Below, piece by piece: positions 19,318-29,174 of a DNA stretch of 64,000 bases. Numbering within the stretch: the first letter of the stretch is position 1; the number at the start of each line of letters is the position of its first letter. Both the position numbers and the translations under genes were made by a program. Under the pieces are notes generated by a model. The model was not told where the DNA came from. It ran no database searches and was given only the letters and a program-made list of their open reading frames with translations. Origin of the DNA: a virus (lineage: Duplodnaviria; Caudoviricetes); the IMG/VR virus record IMGVR_UViG_2816332320_000003, positions 1 through 64,000 of that record; one strand, given 5' to 3'.

Positions 19318-19374
19318 AGATTACAACAGATAATTTTGTTTGTAAATAGTTTTATCATATTTTTTTATATATTA
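19318..19374 (-). promoter_or_regulatory. nrd-operon promoter with upstream 22-bp motif (19353-19374)
   Basis: TTTACA-N17-TAATCT; motif TAATATATAAAAAAATATGATA. Confidence 0.6.
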
Positions 19375-19385
19375 ATTTAAGGAGA

Positions 19386-19405
19386 AAGGGGATGGTCATC
19401 CCCTT
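19386..19405 (-). terminator. stem-loop after 19408-19731
   Basis: AAGGGGATG-GT-CATCCCCTT. Confidence 0.6.
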
Positions 19406-19407
19406 GT

Positions 19408-19731
19408 CTAAAAACCTAGTTTCTTTAATGCGTATTCTTCAGCAGCAGATCTAAGCATATCTCCCCAGCTTTCAAACTCACTAACTGAGCTTATGTACTC
19501 ATCCCATTCTGCATCTGGAATCGCTTCAAAATCTTCAGTTGTTTCAATTTTGAATCCACTATTGTCGAGTAATTCTTGTAGGCTAGACAAGGATGTGTTC
19601 TCACTAATGAATGAATCTGTCAACAAATCTGGTAATGGAATGTTGTGTTTCCCATCAAGCTCTTGTGCTGCTTTTTGCATGTCTTTTAATTGTTTTCGAA
19701 ACTCATCAAATCCTTCAAGCCCTATGCTCAT
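19408..19731 (-). CDS. acidic hypothetical protein (moron-like)
   Basis: ORF with RBS, own terminator, TAGACA-N16-TATAAT upstream. Confidence 0.75.
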   Translation of the reverse strand: MSIGLEGFDEFRKQLKDMQKAAQELDGKHNIPLPDLLTDSFISENTSLSSLQELLDNSGFKIETTEDFEAIPDAEWDEYISSVSEFESWGDMLRSAAEEYALKKLGF

Positions 19732-19949
19732 GGTAATATTCCCCTCTCAATTTGATAATTTCATTATACTATATATTGAGAGATTGTCTATGTTAAACAC
19801 TAAATATAGTAGTCAACTGGGATGTCAAATTGAATAAATTCCTGATTTTATCTGAAAACCACTCATAGATTTCCTAACTTTAGTTAGTAGCGTAACAATC
19901 TATAACCCACTACAATACTATTTAATTCCATGAAAGGGGAAAACTCCAA

Positions 19950-20393
19950 TTGACTAATCAAGTCGCTTTTCTACCTGTAGCTACAAATGAAGAAACACAA
20001 AAGATCGTCAAGGATATGCTTCAATTTATTTCAGAACACAAACTTGCATTCGATAAATCATTATCACAATCAGATGTGCCTTTCATTGCTAATGGCTCAG
20101 GAAATGAAAACATGTTTCAACTTCAATGGTGGGGCTATCAAATTTATTTAGATTATAATAATACAAACATATTAATCGATGCGATAAAGAAAGGAACCCC
20201 TATCGGTGAAATCGCTAGTATATTAATCTCGGTTATTCCGGGTGTAGGGCCGATTTTAAGTGTACTACTCGGTGTTTGTACAATCCTTGTGGGCAGCATA
20301 TACCTCGAAGCGATAGAAGGCTGCAACAAAGCTGGTAGAGGAATAATCATCAATGTGGTATTGGCTGGTTTCACCTTTATCTCCGAACAATAA
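19950..20393 (+). CDS. putative membrane-active, bacteriocin-like protein
   Basis: AAGGGGG RBS and TTG start; WWG motif, Gly-rich hydrophobic hairpin, GRGIII; own terminator. Confidence 0.6.
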   Translation: MTNQVAFLPVATNEETQKIVKDMLQFISEHKLAFDKSLSQSDVPFIANGSGNENMFQLQWWGYQIYLDYNNTNILIDAIKKGTPIGEIASILISVIPGVGPILSVLLGVCTILVGSIYLEAIEGCNKAGRGIIINVVLAGFTFISEQ

Positions 20394-20412
20394 GTATTCT
20401 TGTGTAGCAGAG

Positions 20413-20438
20413 GAGGAGCAATTGCTCCTCTATTTTTT
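20413..20438 (+). terminator. intrinsic terminator
   Basis: GAGGAGC-AATT-GCTCCTC followed by TATTTTTT. Confidence 0.75.
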
Positions 20439-20470
20439 ATGACACGTCTGTTCCCTATAAAAGCGTTGTT

Positions 20471-20650
20471 TTATTCTAAGTAATCTTCAAGTTTACTATA
20501 GATCCTTGCCATTAGCTCCCCACACTCTTTCCACATAGCAGCCAATTCCTCATCTTCAACATTCTCATGATTTAAATAAGACTGAATAGCATAGCCCAAC
20601 CCTTCTGAATCAACAATCTCTGCGACTTGTTTGATACTATACTTTTTCAT
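20471..20650 (-). CDS. small hypothetical protein (59 aa)
   Basis: MKKYSIKQVAEI..., fills the space between palindromes 20457 and 20669. Confidence 0.6.
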   Translation of the reverse strand: MKKYSIKQVAEIVDSEGLGYAIQSYLNHENVEDEELAAMWKECGELMARIYSKLEDYLE

Positions 20651-20682
20651 ACTTCATCCACCATCCCCATTAAAGAGTAATT

Positions 20683-20874
20683 TTATTTTGTTTTTAATTC
20701 ATTGTGAATCTGCTCTTTAACAATACATAGTTGACTGATCAAAGTACTGATATCACTCACATTCTCCAACCTGATGATAGTGTTTTTATTAATGTGAAGT
20801 AATACACACTTATCAAAAATGTCTCCATCCTCATCGTACACATTAAGCGAATAAGTGATTTCTATAGTTAACAT
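20683..20874 (-). CDS. hypothetical protein
   Basis: Stop in palindrome arm; weak start. Confidence 0.5.
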   Translation of the reverse strand: MLTIEITYSLNVYDEDGDIFDKCVLLHINKNTIIRLENVSDISTLISQLCIVKEQIHNELKTK

Positions 20875-20940
20875 TCCTTTCAGTAAAACATAAACAAAAT
20901 TCCATTAATTTTGTTTATAATCATATAGAACTGCCAGCTA

Positions 20941-22761
20941 TCAGGCTGGCGATCCTACTAAAACTAAATCTTTTTCAAGAATTTTACCTAAGATTAAAAG
21001 GCAATTTTTTTCTGTTTCCTTATCAAGCTTGACTTTGCCTTCATGCACCATTTCGTTAAATCTCTTGGCAATCATTACTTTATCCATTCCTGATGCTGTT
21101 CTACGTACTTTTGTTTCATTTGGGTCAAGTGGTGTCTGTAAAACATACTCATGATAGTTAGCCTGAGAGAATAGATCTTCAATTGTTCCATTCTGTGTTT
21201 CAGTTATAAAATGAATTTTACTCTCTTCTATGCCAGCGTTGATTAGTCGAGTCCGCTCTTTAATACCATCCTTATCATTATCTACAACGATGGCGTATTC
21301 GGCTTCTCGTCCAACCAGCAACGATAAAACCACAGATATCTGTGTTACACCAACAGATGGAAAGACTCTAATGTCTCTAGCACTCGTCACATTCTCAAAA
21401 TACCTTATTATAGCCCTTAAGTAGTAATAGTCTGAAATACCTTCAACTAATACGTTAATATCACCAAAGTCTGTTATACTCTTTGACAGGTCAAGACCAA
21501 TTGCTGACATGATAGGTAAGAGAGTGTCCTTGTCTGCACCTTTGTGAATCTTATTTTCAACTGTTGTGCAGTCATCTACCTTTTTAACCAATCGGATTCT
21601 CTCAAGCCTATTAGGATCTATTAACCATTGGCTATGAGTTGTCATCAATACTTGATTTTCTTCTGAAAGTTTTTCGAGCAATTTTAACAGGTCGCCTTGT
21701 GCCTTCGCATGTAGATACAACCCTGGCTCGTCAATCATCAAGACTGTGTTTTTGGATGATTCTGCTTGTAAAGTTAAGTAAAATGCCAAAAACCATTGTA
21801 AGCCTTGACTTCTTTGTTTGGGCTGAAATGCTTTTTCACCATCTTTGCCATAAACAAAGAAATTCATCATGTCACCATCTAAATTTATCTTTAGTGATAC
21901 ATCATCCTGTGAATAATAACCCATAAAGTCGCCAGTTACCTGAGTGGATATCTTATTGGCTAAATTTTGTCTTCTCTGTGGATTTTGTAATGCAAAAATA
22001 TCTTCTACTTTTACATTAACAACCTTAAAGAACCTTTTAACGATCTCTGAGTCGATATCCTTGCCCTTTGTAATGCTATCTGGAATTAAGTCATTAAAAG
22101 AGTCAAAATAAATAAACTTTGGTAAAAACGCGTAGATTTTATCCATATACTCTTTTTTTCTATTGACTAATGTACTCCATGCAGGAAATAGTTCATTATT
22201 AATAAAATTAAACTTCTCTGATTGCTCTTCTTCGCTTGGATGGTATGAATTTTTGTTATGCGAATACTGTTCAAGCAATGCTTTTATATTTTGCTCGCTT
22301 TTGTCTGCCAAAAGCTGCTTAACAAAACTTGTGTTTGCTACCGCATCTATTTTCGTGAAGAATTCCTTAATCTCTTTAAAGTACTTTTCAATTTTTAAAT
22401 CTTCATCTTTTAAAGTGCTATCATACACTTCTCCCTGAATAACATCTACATATAGAGGGGATCTAACAATGATCAATTCTCTTGTAAGGCTGTTTGTTAA
22501 GTATGGAGCCAACTCAAGTGCTTCTTTAGTATCTAAGTTTATCGAAACGGTTATCTCTGGATAGATCCCCTCTTCTGCTTCCAGTGGGTAGTCATAATCC
22601 TGATCGAAAGCATCTTCATTGAATGCATGTAAAGCCTTAAGTATGTTAGTTTTACCTGACTCATTTTTACCAGCAAATATCGTAATAAGATTGTTGAAGT
22701 ATATTTTACCCGAATCTTTTATTGATCTAAAATTCTTGATATGAACATAATTTACTTTCAT
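20941..22761 (-). CDS. OLD-family ATP-dependent nuclease (ABC ATPase + TOPRIM), candidate anti-phage
   Basis: IKNFRSI, GKNESGKT, RSQG, IDEPGLYLH, TTHS, LVEGISD, VDND, IEDLF. Confidence 0.9.
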   Translation of the reverse strand: MKVNYVHIKNFRSIKDSGKIYFNNLITIFAGKNESGKTNILKALHAFNEDAFDQDYDYPLEAEEGIYPEITVSINLDTKEALELAPYLTNSLTRELIIVRSPLYVDVIQGEVYDSTLKDEDLKIEKYFKEIKEFFTKIDAVANTSFVKQLLADKSEQNIKALLEQYSHNKNSYHPSEEEQSEKFNFINNELFPAWSTLVNRKKEYMDKIYAFLPKFIYFDSFNDLIPDSITKGKDIDSEIVKRFFKVVNVKVEDIFALQNPQRRQNLANKISTQVTGDFMGYYSQDDVSLKINLDGDMMNFFVYGKDGEKAFQPKQRSQGLQWFLAFYLTLQAESSKNTVLMIDEPGLYLHAKAQGDLLKLLEKLSEENQVLMTTHSQWLIDPNRLERIRLVKKVDDCTTVENKIHKGADKDTLLPIMSAIGLDLSKSITDFGDINVLVEGISDYYYLRAIIRYFENVTSARDIRVFPSVGVTQISVVLSLLVGREAEYAIVVDNDKDGIKERTRLINAGIEESKIHFITETQNGTIEDLFSQANYHEYVLQTPLDPNETKVRRTASGMDKVMIAKRFNEMVHEGKVKLDKETEKNCLLILGKILEKDLVLVGSPA

Positions 22762-22778
22762 ATGATCATTCCCTTTTA

Positions 22779-22847
22779 GTTCGTTTGGTCTAGGTCTAAT
22801 ATAAATCAATTGTATGAAACTTCCATCGCAAAATCAACCAAACGAAC
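22779..22847 (-). promoter_or_regulatory. OLD promoter bracketed by 11-bp inverted repeat
   Basis: TTGATT-N17-TACAAT (22837-22809) between GTTCGTTTGGT (22779) and ACCAAACGAAC (22837). Confidence 0.6.
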
Positions 22848-22886
22848 CAAAAGAGTCCTCCAATTTAGATAAAACAAAGTTTTAAT

Positions 22887-23126
22887 CTAAATTCCCTCAT
22901 AGTGTAAGAGGTACAGCTTGTCTGCTTTTTTATCTTTGCCGTATACCAGAGTGACAACATCCTCCGAGCCTTCCTTCTTACCCTCTGTAACAAGTATAGT
23001 TAGTTGCTTGCCATGTACGTCTTTCCAGTCAAAAAGCGAATACTGAAGTTGTTCTTGGTCGAATAATTGAGTCATAAGTTCCTCCTCTCTTTCCAATAAA
23101 CTCTTGATTTTATTACAATTTACCAA
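22887..23126 (-). CDS. hypothetical protein
   Basis: ORF. Confidence 0.6.
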   Translation of the reverse strand: MVNCNKIKSLLEREEELMTQLFDQEQLQYSLFDWKDVHGKQLTILVTEGKKEGSEDVVTLVYGKDKKADKLYLLHYEGI

Positions 23127-23343
23127 TCGGTTTAGCTGTCGTAGTAATGCTGATTATCTTTAATTCCTCTTTCTTGAATATGTCAGTTTGTTCCTGTAGG
23201 TATTTTCTTTTTACAAGTGCGCCCTCTTTCCGTGAAAAAATACGGGCTTTATCTGGAGAATTGCTGTAAAAATCATCCTCCGTAACAAAATTGATTTCAT
23301 CTTTATACTGATAGCCAATTGCATATTCTTCTTTAATTTTCAT
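23113..23343 (-). CDS. hypothetical protein
   Basis: ORF with RBS. Confidence 0.65.
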   Translation of the reverse strand: MKIKEEYAIGYQYKDEINFVTEDDFYSNSPDKARIFSRKEGALVKRKYLQEQTDIFKKEELKIISITTTAKPIGKL

Positions 23344-23378
23344 TTATAACCACCTTTCAATTCTATTTAATTGATTGT

Positions 23379-24143
23379 TTACTCTGTCTTATACCTAAAG
23401 TGTAATTTTCGCCCAATTTTCTGAGACTCGCACCAATCATGCTCAAACTCTCTTAGAGCTTTAGATAGCGATGGCTTTGGCGAAGCATAATGCGTCTCAC
23501 AGTATGCTAGGATAGTGTTGATGTCAATCCAACCATCAACAGCATTATCCCTAATGTCGATCAATTTCCCATCTTCGTACCACCATAAAGAGAAGCTTTT
23601 TCCTAAACGAACTTTCTTAAGCAGCTCCTTAACTCGTTCTATTGTCACGCGATATTGGGTGATGTATCCACCACCGCTATGACCACCTTTTAGCTCAGAG
23701 TTAATGTATTCTTGTTTGAATTGTTCTATGGTTTCACGAAAGTTGAGTTCTTTATTGTTTACTTTTATATATTTAGCTTTCATGTATGGCTTATCATTAA
23801 TATATAGTTCATTTTTGTCTTTCTGAACAAATAAGACTCCGATTTTGAATTGATCACATATGTATCTAACCAAATCATTATCAATTCGTGGACTGCCTTT
23901 TCTATTCCAAGGTACTGCAATGAAAATGTAATTAGCATATTTCCTATTTGACCAGTTAACTGCTTGATCAAGTAAATCAAGTGACAAGCTTAGTTTCAAC
24001 TCAACTACAGCTACTGATTCAGGATTTACTCCTACAACGTCAACTCTTCTCGAACTATATCGTGGGCTAACCTCACTAAATACTGAATAGCCATTCTGTT
24101 CAAGCCATTTCTTCACTGGTTCATAAAGATCAGATTCCTTCAA
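23379..24143 (-). CDS. PD-(D/E)XK nuclease (DUF2161/MmcB-like)
   Basis: KESDLYEPVK..L...GY.V..EV, RVDVVG, VVELKL..SL.LL.QA. Confidence 0.7.
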   Translation of the reverse strand: MKESDLYEPVKKWLEQNGYSVFSEVSPRYSSRRVDVVGVNPESVAVVELKLSLSLDLLDQAVNWSNRKYANYIFIAVPWNRKGSPRIDNDLVRYICDQFKIGVLFVQKDKNELYINDKPYMKAKYIKVNNKELNFRETIEQFKQEYINSELKGGHSGGGYITQYRVTIERVKELLKKVRLGKSFSLWWYEDGKLIDIRDNAVDGWIDINTILAYCETHYASPKPSLSKALREFEHDWCESQKIGRKLHFRYKTE

Positions 24144-24153
24144 CTTACCACCT

Positions 24154-24339
24154 CTAGTCTAAGTTACTTTCACTTAAGATTTCATACTCTCCCTCGATAA
24201 TTAAGGTATTAAATCCTTCGTATAGTACCCATACTCCTTCGTCACTCTTAGTTACAACTTCGAATGTTTCCCCCATCATACTTGCATCTAAATAATGTCC
24301 ATTTGAATCTTCAAATGAATCTATAATTTTTATTTTCAT
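24154..24339 (-). CDS. hypothetical protein
   Basis: ORF with RBS. Confidence 0.6.
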   Translation of the reverse strand: MKIKIIDSFEDSNGHYLDASMMGETFEVVTKSDEGVWVLYEGFNTLIIEGEYEILSESNLD

Positions 24340-24365
24340 TTCGTCACTCTCTTTCCCAATGAAAG

Positions 24366-25028
24366 TTATTTTTTATCGTATTTCCTTTTACTCTTCTTTT
24401 TCTCGATGAACCTGCGGCAGTCATATCTAATCCATTGATAAATCATGTTGTATCGTTCATATGTGTATTTAATGTTTGTGTTGTTGTACCAATTATTTAA
24501 TGAATACTGCCACTTGGAACTATTGCAACTCCAACAAGAAGGTACACAATTCTTCAAATCATTTCTTCCATTGACAATCACATGTTCTTTATGAAGATCT
24601 TTTCTAGTTAGCCTTTTATGCTCTTCTTGTGTAAGTCCGCAGTAAGCACATCTGTTATTGAAGTAATTTTTGCAGGCAACCCATTCTGTATCTGAAATAA
24701 CATGATTTATCAATTGTCTTCTTTTATTGGAGTCAATGAATTTTTGTTTACCTTTATATGTATCTTTATATTTTCGTTCATTTTCTTTCTTGCGTTCAGG
24801 ATTATTTCTTTGCCATGCGCGGCTCTTGGCATTATCATGATCTTTGTTTGCCAAGTACCACTTTCTTCTATTCTTCCTTCTTTGCTCCTTATTTTCATTT
24901 CCTCTGTCTCTATTTTGTTTCCTCCTACAGATTATACATGCTGCCTGTAATTTGAAATATGTTCCTTTCTTTTTGGTTGTTACTTTCTGCTTATAAAAAT
25001 AATCTTCAGTTGCTGGATAGTCAGTCAA
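24366..25028 (-). CDS. HNH endonuclease (5' end apparently frameshifted)
   Basis: CAYCG..LHKEH..NCVPSCWSCNSSK; frame extends upstream as KKCTQC but the RBS-linked ATG is out of frame. Confidence 0.8.
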   Translation of the reverse strand: MTDYPATEDYFYKQKVTTKKKGTYFKLQAACIICRRKQNRDRGNENKEQRRKNRRKWYLANKDHDNAKSRAWQRNNPERKKENERKYKDTYKGKQKFIDSNKRRQLINHVISDTEWVACKNYFNNRCAYCGLTQEEHKRLTRKDLHKEHVIVNGRNDLKNCVPSCWSCNSSKWQYSLNNWYNNTNIKYTYERYNMIYQWIRYDCRRFIEKKKSKRKYDKK

Positions 25029-25093
25029 ACACTGTGTACATTTCTTTACTCCAAATACATCCTCTCCTATTAAGACTATTTGAATTTATTCAG

Positions 25094-25297
25094 TTATACC
25101 AGCTCTTCCATGCCACGCCACAATACATAATCATCTGGCACCAGTCTAAAGGAATACTGACTGTGTTCGCTCTCCTTATCGTTTAATAAATCCACAATAC
25201 GCTTTCCCATGTACTCGTTGACGTTTTCTGCAATCAACGTATCAGCAATATATTCTCTTGCGAAGTTATCAACTGCTATGATTTTCATTAAAGCCAC
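25094..25297 (-). CDS. hypothetical protein
   Basis: ORF with RBS. Confidence 0.65.
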   Translation of the reverse strand: MALMKIIAVDNFAREYIADTLIAENVNEYMGKRIVDLLNDKESEHSQYSFRLVPDDYVLWRGMEELV

Positions 25298-25350
25298 CTC
25301 ATTCAGACTTATCTAGCCCTCCCATTCTACCTAATCAAATTGCACTTTTA

Positions 25351-25548
25351 TTAAAACCCTTTAACATAGAAGCCTGTAGTTTCGCTTTCGGTTTTATTTA
25401 GTGCCTCTCGAAGAGTTCGATTGTCTGAAATTAACTTTAAAACATCATGACGAACCTTCATGCTGTTATAGATAACATCATCTCCATTAGGGAGTTTTGT
25501 GTAATACTTTTTTAGTTCGTCCAGACCTTCTTTGTTGAAATACATCAT
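25351..25548 (-). CDS. hypothetical protein
   Basis: ORF with RBS. Confidence 0.6.
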   Translation of the reverse strand: MMYFNKEGLDELKKYYTKLPNGDDVIYNSMKVRHDVLKLISDNRTLREALNKTESETTGFYVKGF

Positions 25549-25573
25549 CTACCATCCTTTCTCTACCAATCCA

Positions 25574-25873
25574 TTATTCTATTTGTGTTTTTAATATTTG
25601 TAACATCTGTTCACTTTCTTGTATTTTTTGTTCAACCAGTGTCTTTCTGTCCAAATCAAACAAATTAGGATAAAGAATAGTTTCCATTAAGGCTAACTGT
25701 TGATGTCTTAAAGCATGTTTCAATAAATGGATATTGTAACAAGTATTAGAACACGTAAATTCTTTTTTATTTGGAATAATATTCTCAACAAGGTTCAATA
25801 ACTCATTCAAGGGGTAATATGAGTTACTTTGATCGTGTTTTATAGTTTTCTCACAAGTGATACATATTTTCAT
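25574..25873 (-). CDS. hypothetical Zn-finger protein
   Basis: CITC..CSNTC. Confidence 0.6.
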   Translation of the reverse strand: MKICITCEKTIKHDQSNSYYPLNELLNLVENIIPNKKEFTCSNTCYNIHLLKHALRHQQLALMETILYPNLFDLDRKTLVEQKIQESEQMLQILKTQIE

Positions 25874-25906
25874 TTGTTAGTCCTCTTTTCTGAAAGTGTA
25901 TAGTTT

Positions 25907-26653
25907 TTAGCTAAACGTAGGCTCTGGTTCTTTTTCTGGTTGAACTTCATCACTATCGCCATCTTTATCAATAACGAGCTTGGCTCCATTTTGCGTAAGC
26001 TTCATAAGCAGCAACTCAAACTCATTTAAATATCTCAGTGATTTAATGTCGTGTGATGTCTTGTATTCAATATCCCACCCTTTATCGGAACTCTTCTTCC
26101 GGCGAGACAGTCTAATTGAAAAATTCATCTCTTCATCGTGCTCGCACTCAAAATTCAACAAAGCTCCTTCGAAACTGCTCCAGTCTCTATCATTGTCGTA
26201 CTCTACTTCATAACTTACTTCTACAGACTCATAGCTAACACCATCATCATAATTAATCTCAAGATCATCGGTTTTCACTTCCTTAGCAACGTAGTCCGTC
26301 CACTTCTCATAAAGTTCAGTCACGGTAATCGATTTTCCATGTTCATCATTATCAATGAGCGTTTTGAAGTTAGTTAGAATTTTCTTGTGGTCAAGTGCAG
26401 TGTTCTTCAGCACCTTGACCAAGACGCTATCAAGCTTCAGGATGTAATCAGTGTAGTCATACGACTCAAGATAAGGAATCATTACGGACTTTACTTTTGA
26501 CTCGATTACTTTTGTGACATCTCCATATGAACTAAAGAGGCTATTCAGTGCATTATTGATTCCCTTTTCAAGTTGCTCACCAATGAGTTTTTCTACAAGA
26601 CCGTCTTCAAGTTTGTTTGTGATCACATCTTTAATTGTATTTTCAACACTCAT
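25907..26653 (-). CDS. hypothetical phage protein
   Basis: 248 aa ORF with RBS. Confidence 0.75.
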   Translation of the reverse strand: MSVENTIKDVITNKLEDGLVEKLIGEQLEKGINNALNSLFSSYGDVTKVIESKVKSVMIPYLESYDYTDYILKLDSVLVKVLKNTALDHKKILTNFKTLIDNDEHGKSITVTELYEKWTDYVAKEVKTDDLEINYDDGVSYESVEVSYEVEYDNDRDWSSFEGALLNFECEHDEEMNFSIRLSRRKKSSDKGWDIEYKTSHDIKSLRYLNEFELLLMKLTQNGAKLVIDKDGDSDEVQPEKEPEPTFS

Positions 26654-26697
26654 GATTCTTAATCCCCTTATATTTTAATTTTGATAAATATTAGCTT

Positions 26698-27003
26698 TTA
26701 TCGTAAAACCATAATGTATGCCTGAATTTTATTTCTTATCCGATATGTATCCGTATAGCCATAATATGCATAGGGATATGTCGAATCACCATTGTTATAA
26801 TCTAGTTCTCTACCCTTTTTTAACTCAACAAATTGATAGAAGGCATTCTTGTCTGCTCTATACCATTCCCATTTGATCTTGTCGTCTATTACAGTACCTC
26901 CAGTGATTACAATGCTCTGTTCAGGATGCTCTTCACTTATCCATGTTTGACCAGCTTTAATTTCAATTTCCAAACTCTCACTTCCTATAAAATTGGTTTT
27001 CAT
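26698..27003 (-). CDS. hypothetical protein
   Basis: Coupled ORF; stop in palindrome arm. Confidence 0.65.
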   Translation of the reverse strand: MKTNFIGSESLEIEIKAGQTWISEEHPEQSIVITGGTVIDDKIKWEWYRADKNAFYQFVELKKGRELDYNNGDSTYPYAYYGYTDTYRIRNKIQAYIMVLR

Positions 27004-27527
27004 TTGATAATTTGTTTGAGTATGCTCTCAATCTGATTGTGCAGCTGTTCCAGATTGCCATCATTATGTATTTCAAAGTCTACATCCATTAAGTCTACAT
27101 GTCTCTCAGTCTCATGATTCAGATCATCCGTTGTAAAGTTGTCTCCTGCTGTATTCATTCTTTGCATTCGTATCTCATCAGGACTTGATACTCTAATAAC
27201 ATAATATCCTCTAAGTTTTACAGCGTGTAATTCGTTTGGCTGTCTTAAATCTGTAATGACTATATTAGTCCCACTGTGCTCGTCAATATCTCGTAAGCAC
27301 TTTCCAATCCATACAACTGGGTTGAACACTCGCATAGCCTGACCAACGCCTTGGAGCAATGAACGAGGTTTTTGTCCATTTTCAAACTGCTCAGGAAACA
27401 AATCCTTACAAACACTTCTAATTCCATCCCCAAATGCAAATCGTGTGAATCCATAATTCCTGATGAGATGATCAGCAACAGTGTCTTTGCCGCTTCGCAT
27501 TTTACCTGTTAGTGCGATTTTACTCAA
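27000..27527 (-). CDS. deoxynucleoside monophosphate kinase
   Basis: GKMRSGKDT, FAFGD, R.LLQ.VG..MR, ITDLRQPNE, HETE. Confidence 0.85.
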   Translation of the reverse strand: MSKIALTGKMRSGKDTVADHLIRNYGFTRFAFGDGIRSVCKDLFPEQFENGQKPRSLLQGVGQAMRVFNPVVWIGKCLRDIDEHSGTNIVITDLRQPNELHAVKLRGYYVIRVSSPDEIRMQRMNTAGDNFTTDDLNHETERHVDLMDVDFEIHNDGNLEQLHNQIESILKQIIK

Positions 27528-28102
27528 CCGATCTCCCCACTTTCTAATTGTTTCTTATACGCTAAAACTGCCTTTGTATAGCCATTATTCACATTCTTAC
27601 TCTTTGACTTTCCAATCCCATATCGGTAAGCAGTTAAGACTCGCTTAGTCAGATTCTCTCCCTCATATCCTTGTTCACTGTATTTATTCATCAATCTTTT
27701 CACATGATTAATTGCAGTCAAACTTGAGTGATAAGGATTAAAAGGATCTGGATTTTGGATGCCAGCTAATCGTGCTTCTTCTGGAAAGGTATTGCTTGTA
27801 TTCATCTGAAACAAGCCTCTACTACTATTGTCGTATGATACTGCTTTAGAGTCGTATCGTGATTCCGTATAAGCAATACTTAACATTAACTCATGGTCAA
27901 TGCCGCTCTGTTTAGATGTTTCCCATATGTATTTCTGAATGCTTGGTTCAAGGTCGATGTGATATGTAGGAATGGTATCTTCTTCAAGGCTTGCTGCCTC
28001 GACTGAGGTTTTCTTATCTTGCATCACCTGTACAGAACTGGTGATAAGATATTCGGGAGCATTCACATTCATCATGAATGCAAGCAAGAAAACTAAAGTC
28101 AT
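27524..28102 (-). CDS. secreted lytic transglycosylase (SLT domain)
   Basis: Hydrophobic N-terminus, TES catalytic Glu, GLFQ, AY..G. Confidence 0.8.
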   Translation of the reverse strand: MTLVFLLAFMMNVNAPEYLITSSVQVMQDKKTSVEAASLEEDTIPTYHIDLEPSIQKYIWETSKQSGIDHELMLSIAYTESRYDSKAVSYDNSSRGLFQMNTSNTFPEEARLAGIQNPDPFNPYHSSLTAINHVKRLMNKYSEQGYEGENLTKRVLTAYRYGIGKSKSKNVNNGYTKAVLAYKKQLESGEIG

Positions 28103-28227
28103 ATGCGCCTCCTTATTTTATATATTATTTATTATTTTTGGTTTCCTTTAGATGCTTAGAAATCTCTCCTGCTTTACCTGTCATTCCGAACAGAAAATTC
28201 TTATTATTGGATTGAATAATCTTCATC

Positions 28228-28526
28228 TCACGCAACTCCTTCCACAATATCAACAATCAAACTTTGAACCTTTGTGTAGGCATTAACCACTTCCCAATCA
28301 TATTCGCCAGTAATCTGAATGAAATGTGTATCTCCTTGCTCTTCAAATGTGATATGAATTGGGCTGGCTGCATTTGAATCTTCATCGTACAAGAAAGAAA
28401 ACCTTTTGGAATGTCAGTAAAGTCTTCTTCATTCAGGAGGCAGATTTTGGAGAAGTGATTCTTAATTTTTGTCTCAATGTTAGGTGCAAAAGAACTGTTA
28501 ATCCAAGTAGTCAATTTATTATCCAT
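28228..28526 (-). pseudogene. hypothetical protein with probable single-base frameshift near 28390
   Basis: Alternate frame LYDEDSNAASPIHITFEEQG...VEGVA* continues the N-terminus. Confidence 0.5.
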
Positions 28527-28568
28527 ATGTAAATCTCCTCTTTTATTTTTAGAAAAACTACAATTTGA

Positions 28569-28919
28569 TTAGGTATTGATTCCTTTAATTTTTAGCCCAA
28601 GTGTATCAACAGCAATGTTGATTCCCTGACAAATTAGATGATGTCTCTCTTGAGCAATTGGATGCCACTGTTGAAGACCATCATTTAAATACTTGTTGTA
28701 GACTTCAATTAGCTTATCTTCTGGTTGCAGTTCAACTTCATAGCCAATAATAAGTGCCTTTGCTAAGTCATTAAAAGACATGTCATTTAAACCAGAAGCC
28801 TTATCCAGCCAGCCTTTAGGATTGTTGCCATGTGTCATCAAAATGTCCTGTTGAGCATGTCTAGAAACTACATACTCAAGTGAATTTGCCTGCTGCGCTG
28901 TCAATCTTACTTTATCCAT
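28569..28919 (-). CDS. hypothetical phage protein
   Basis: ORF with GAGGAG RBS. Confidence 0.7.
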   Translation of the reverse strand: MDKVRLTAQQANSLEYVVSRHAQQDILMTHGNNPKGWLDKASGLNDMSFNDLAKALIIGYEVELQPEDKLIEVYNKYLNDGLQQWHPIAQERHHLICQGINIAVDTLGLKIKGINT

Positions 28920-28964
28920 ATGTATCTCCTCTTTCCATTAAAAAACTGGATTTTATCAGGTAAA

Positions 28965-29135
28965 CTAATCATTTAAAACGTTTTTTCCGTTAATCCATGT
29001 GCTCAACATGCCTCTATCACTTTCGATGCTATTCAATCCATCTTTAACCTCTTTTGCTTTTTCGTAGTTACTTGTTGCAATAAAAACAATTCCGCTTCTA
29101 CCCTGTACAACGTAAATCGTATCGTTTTCTTCCAT
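28965..29135 (-). CDS. small hypothetical protein
   Basis: AAGGTG RBS before ATG 29135. Confidence 0.55.
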   Translation of the reverse strand: MEENDTIYVVQGRSGIVFIATSNYEKAKEVKDGLNSIESDRGMLSTWINGKNVLND

Positions 29136-29174
29136 ATGTATCACCTTCCAATAAAGTCGACATTTCATTTCACT

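Noticed and set aside
20941-22761. Gabija system
   Set aside because: No GajB/UvrD helicase adjacent
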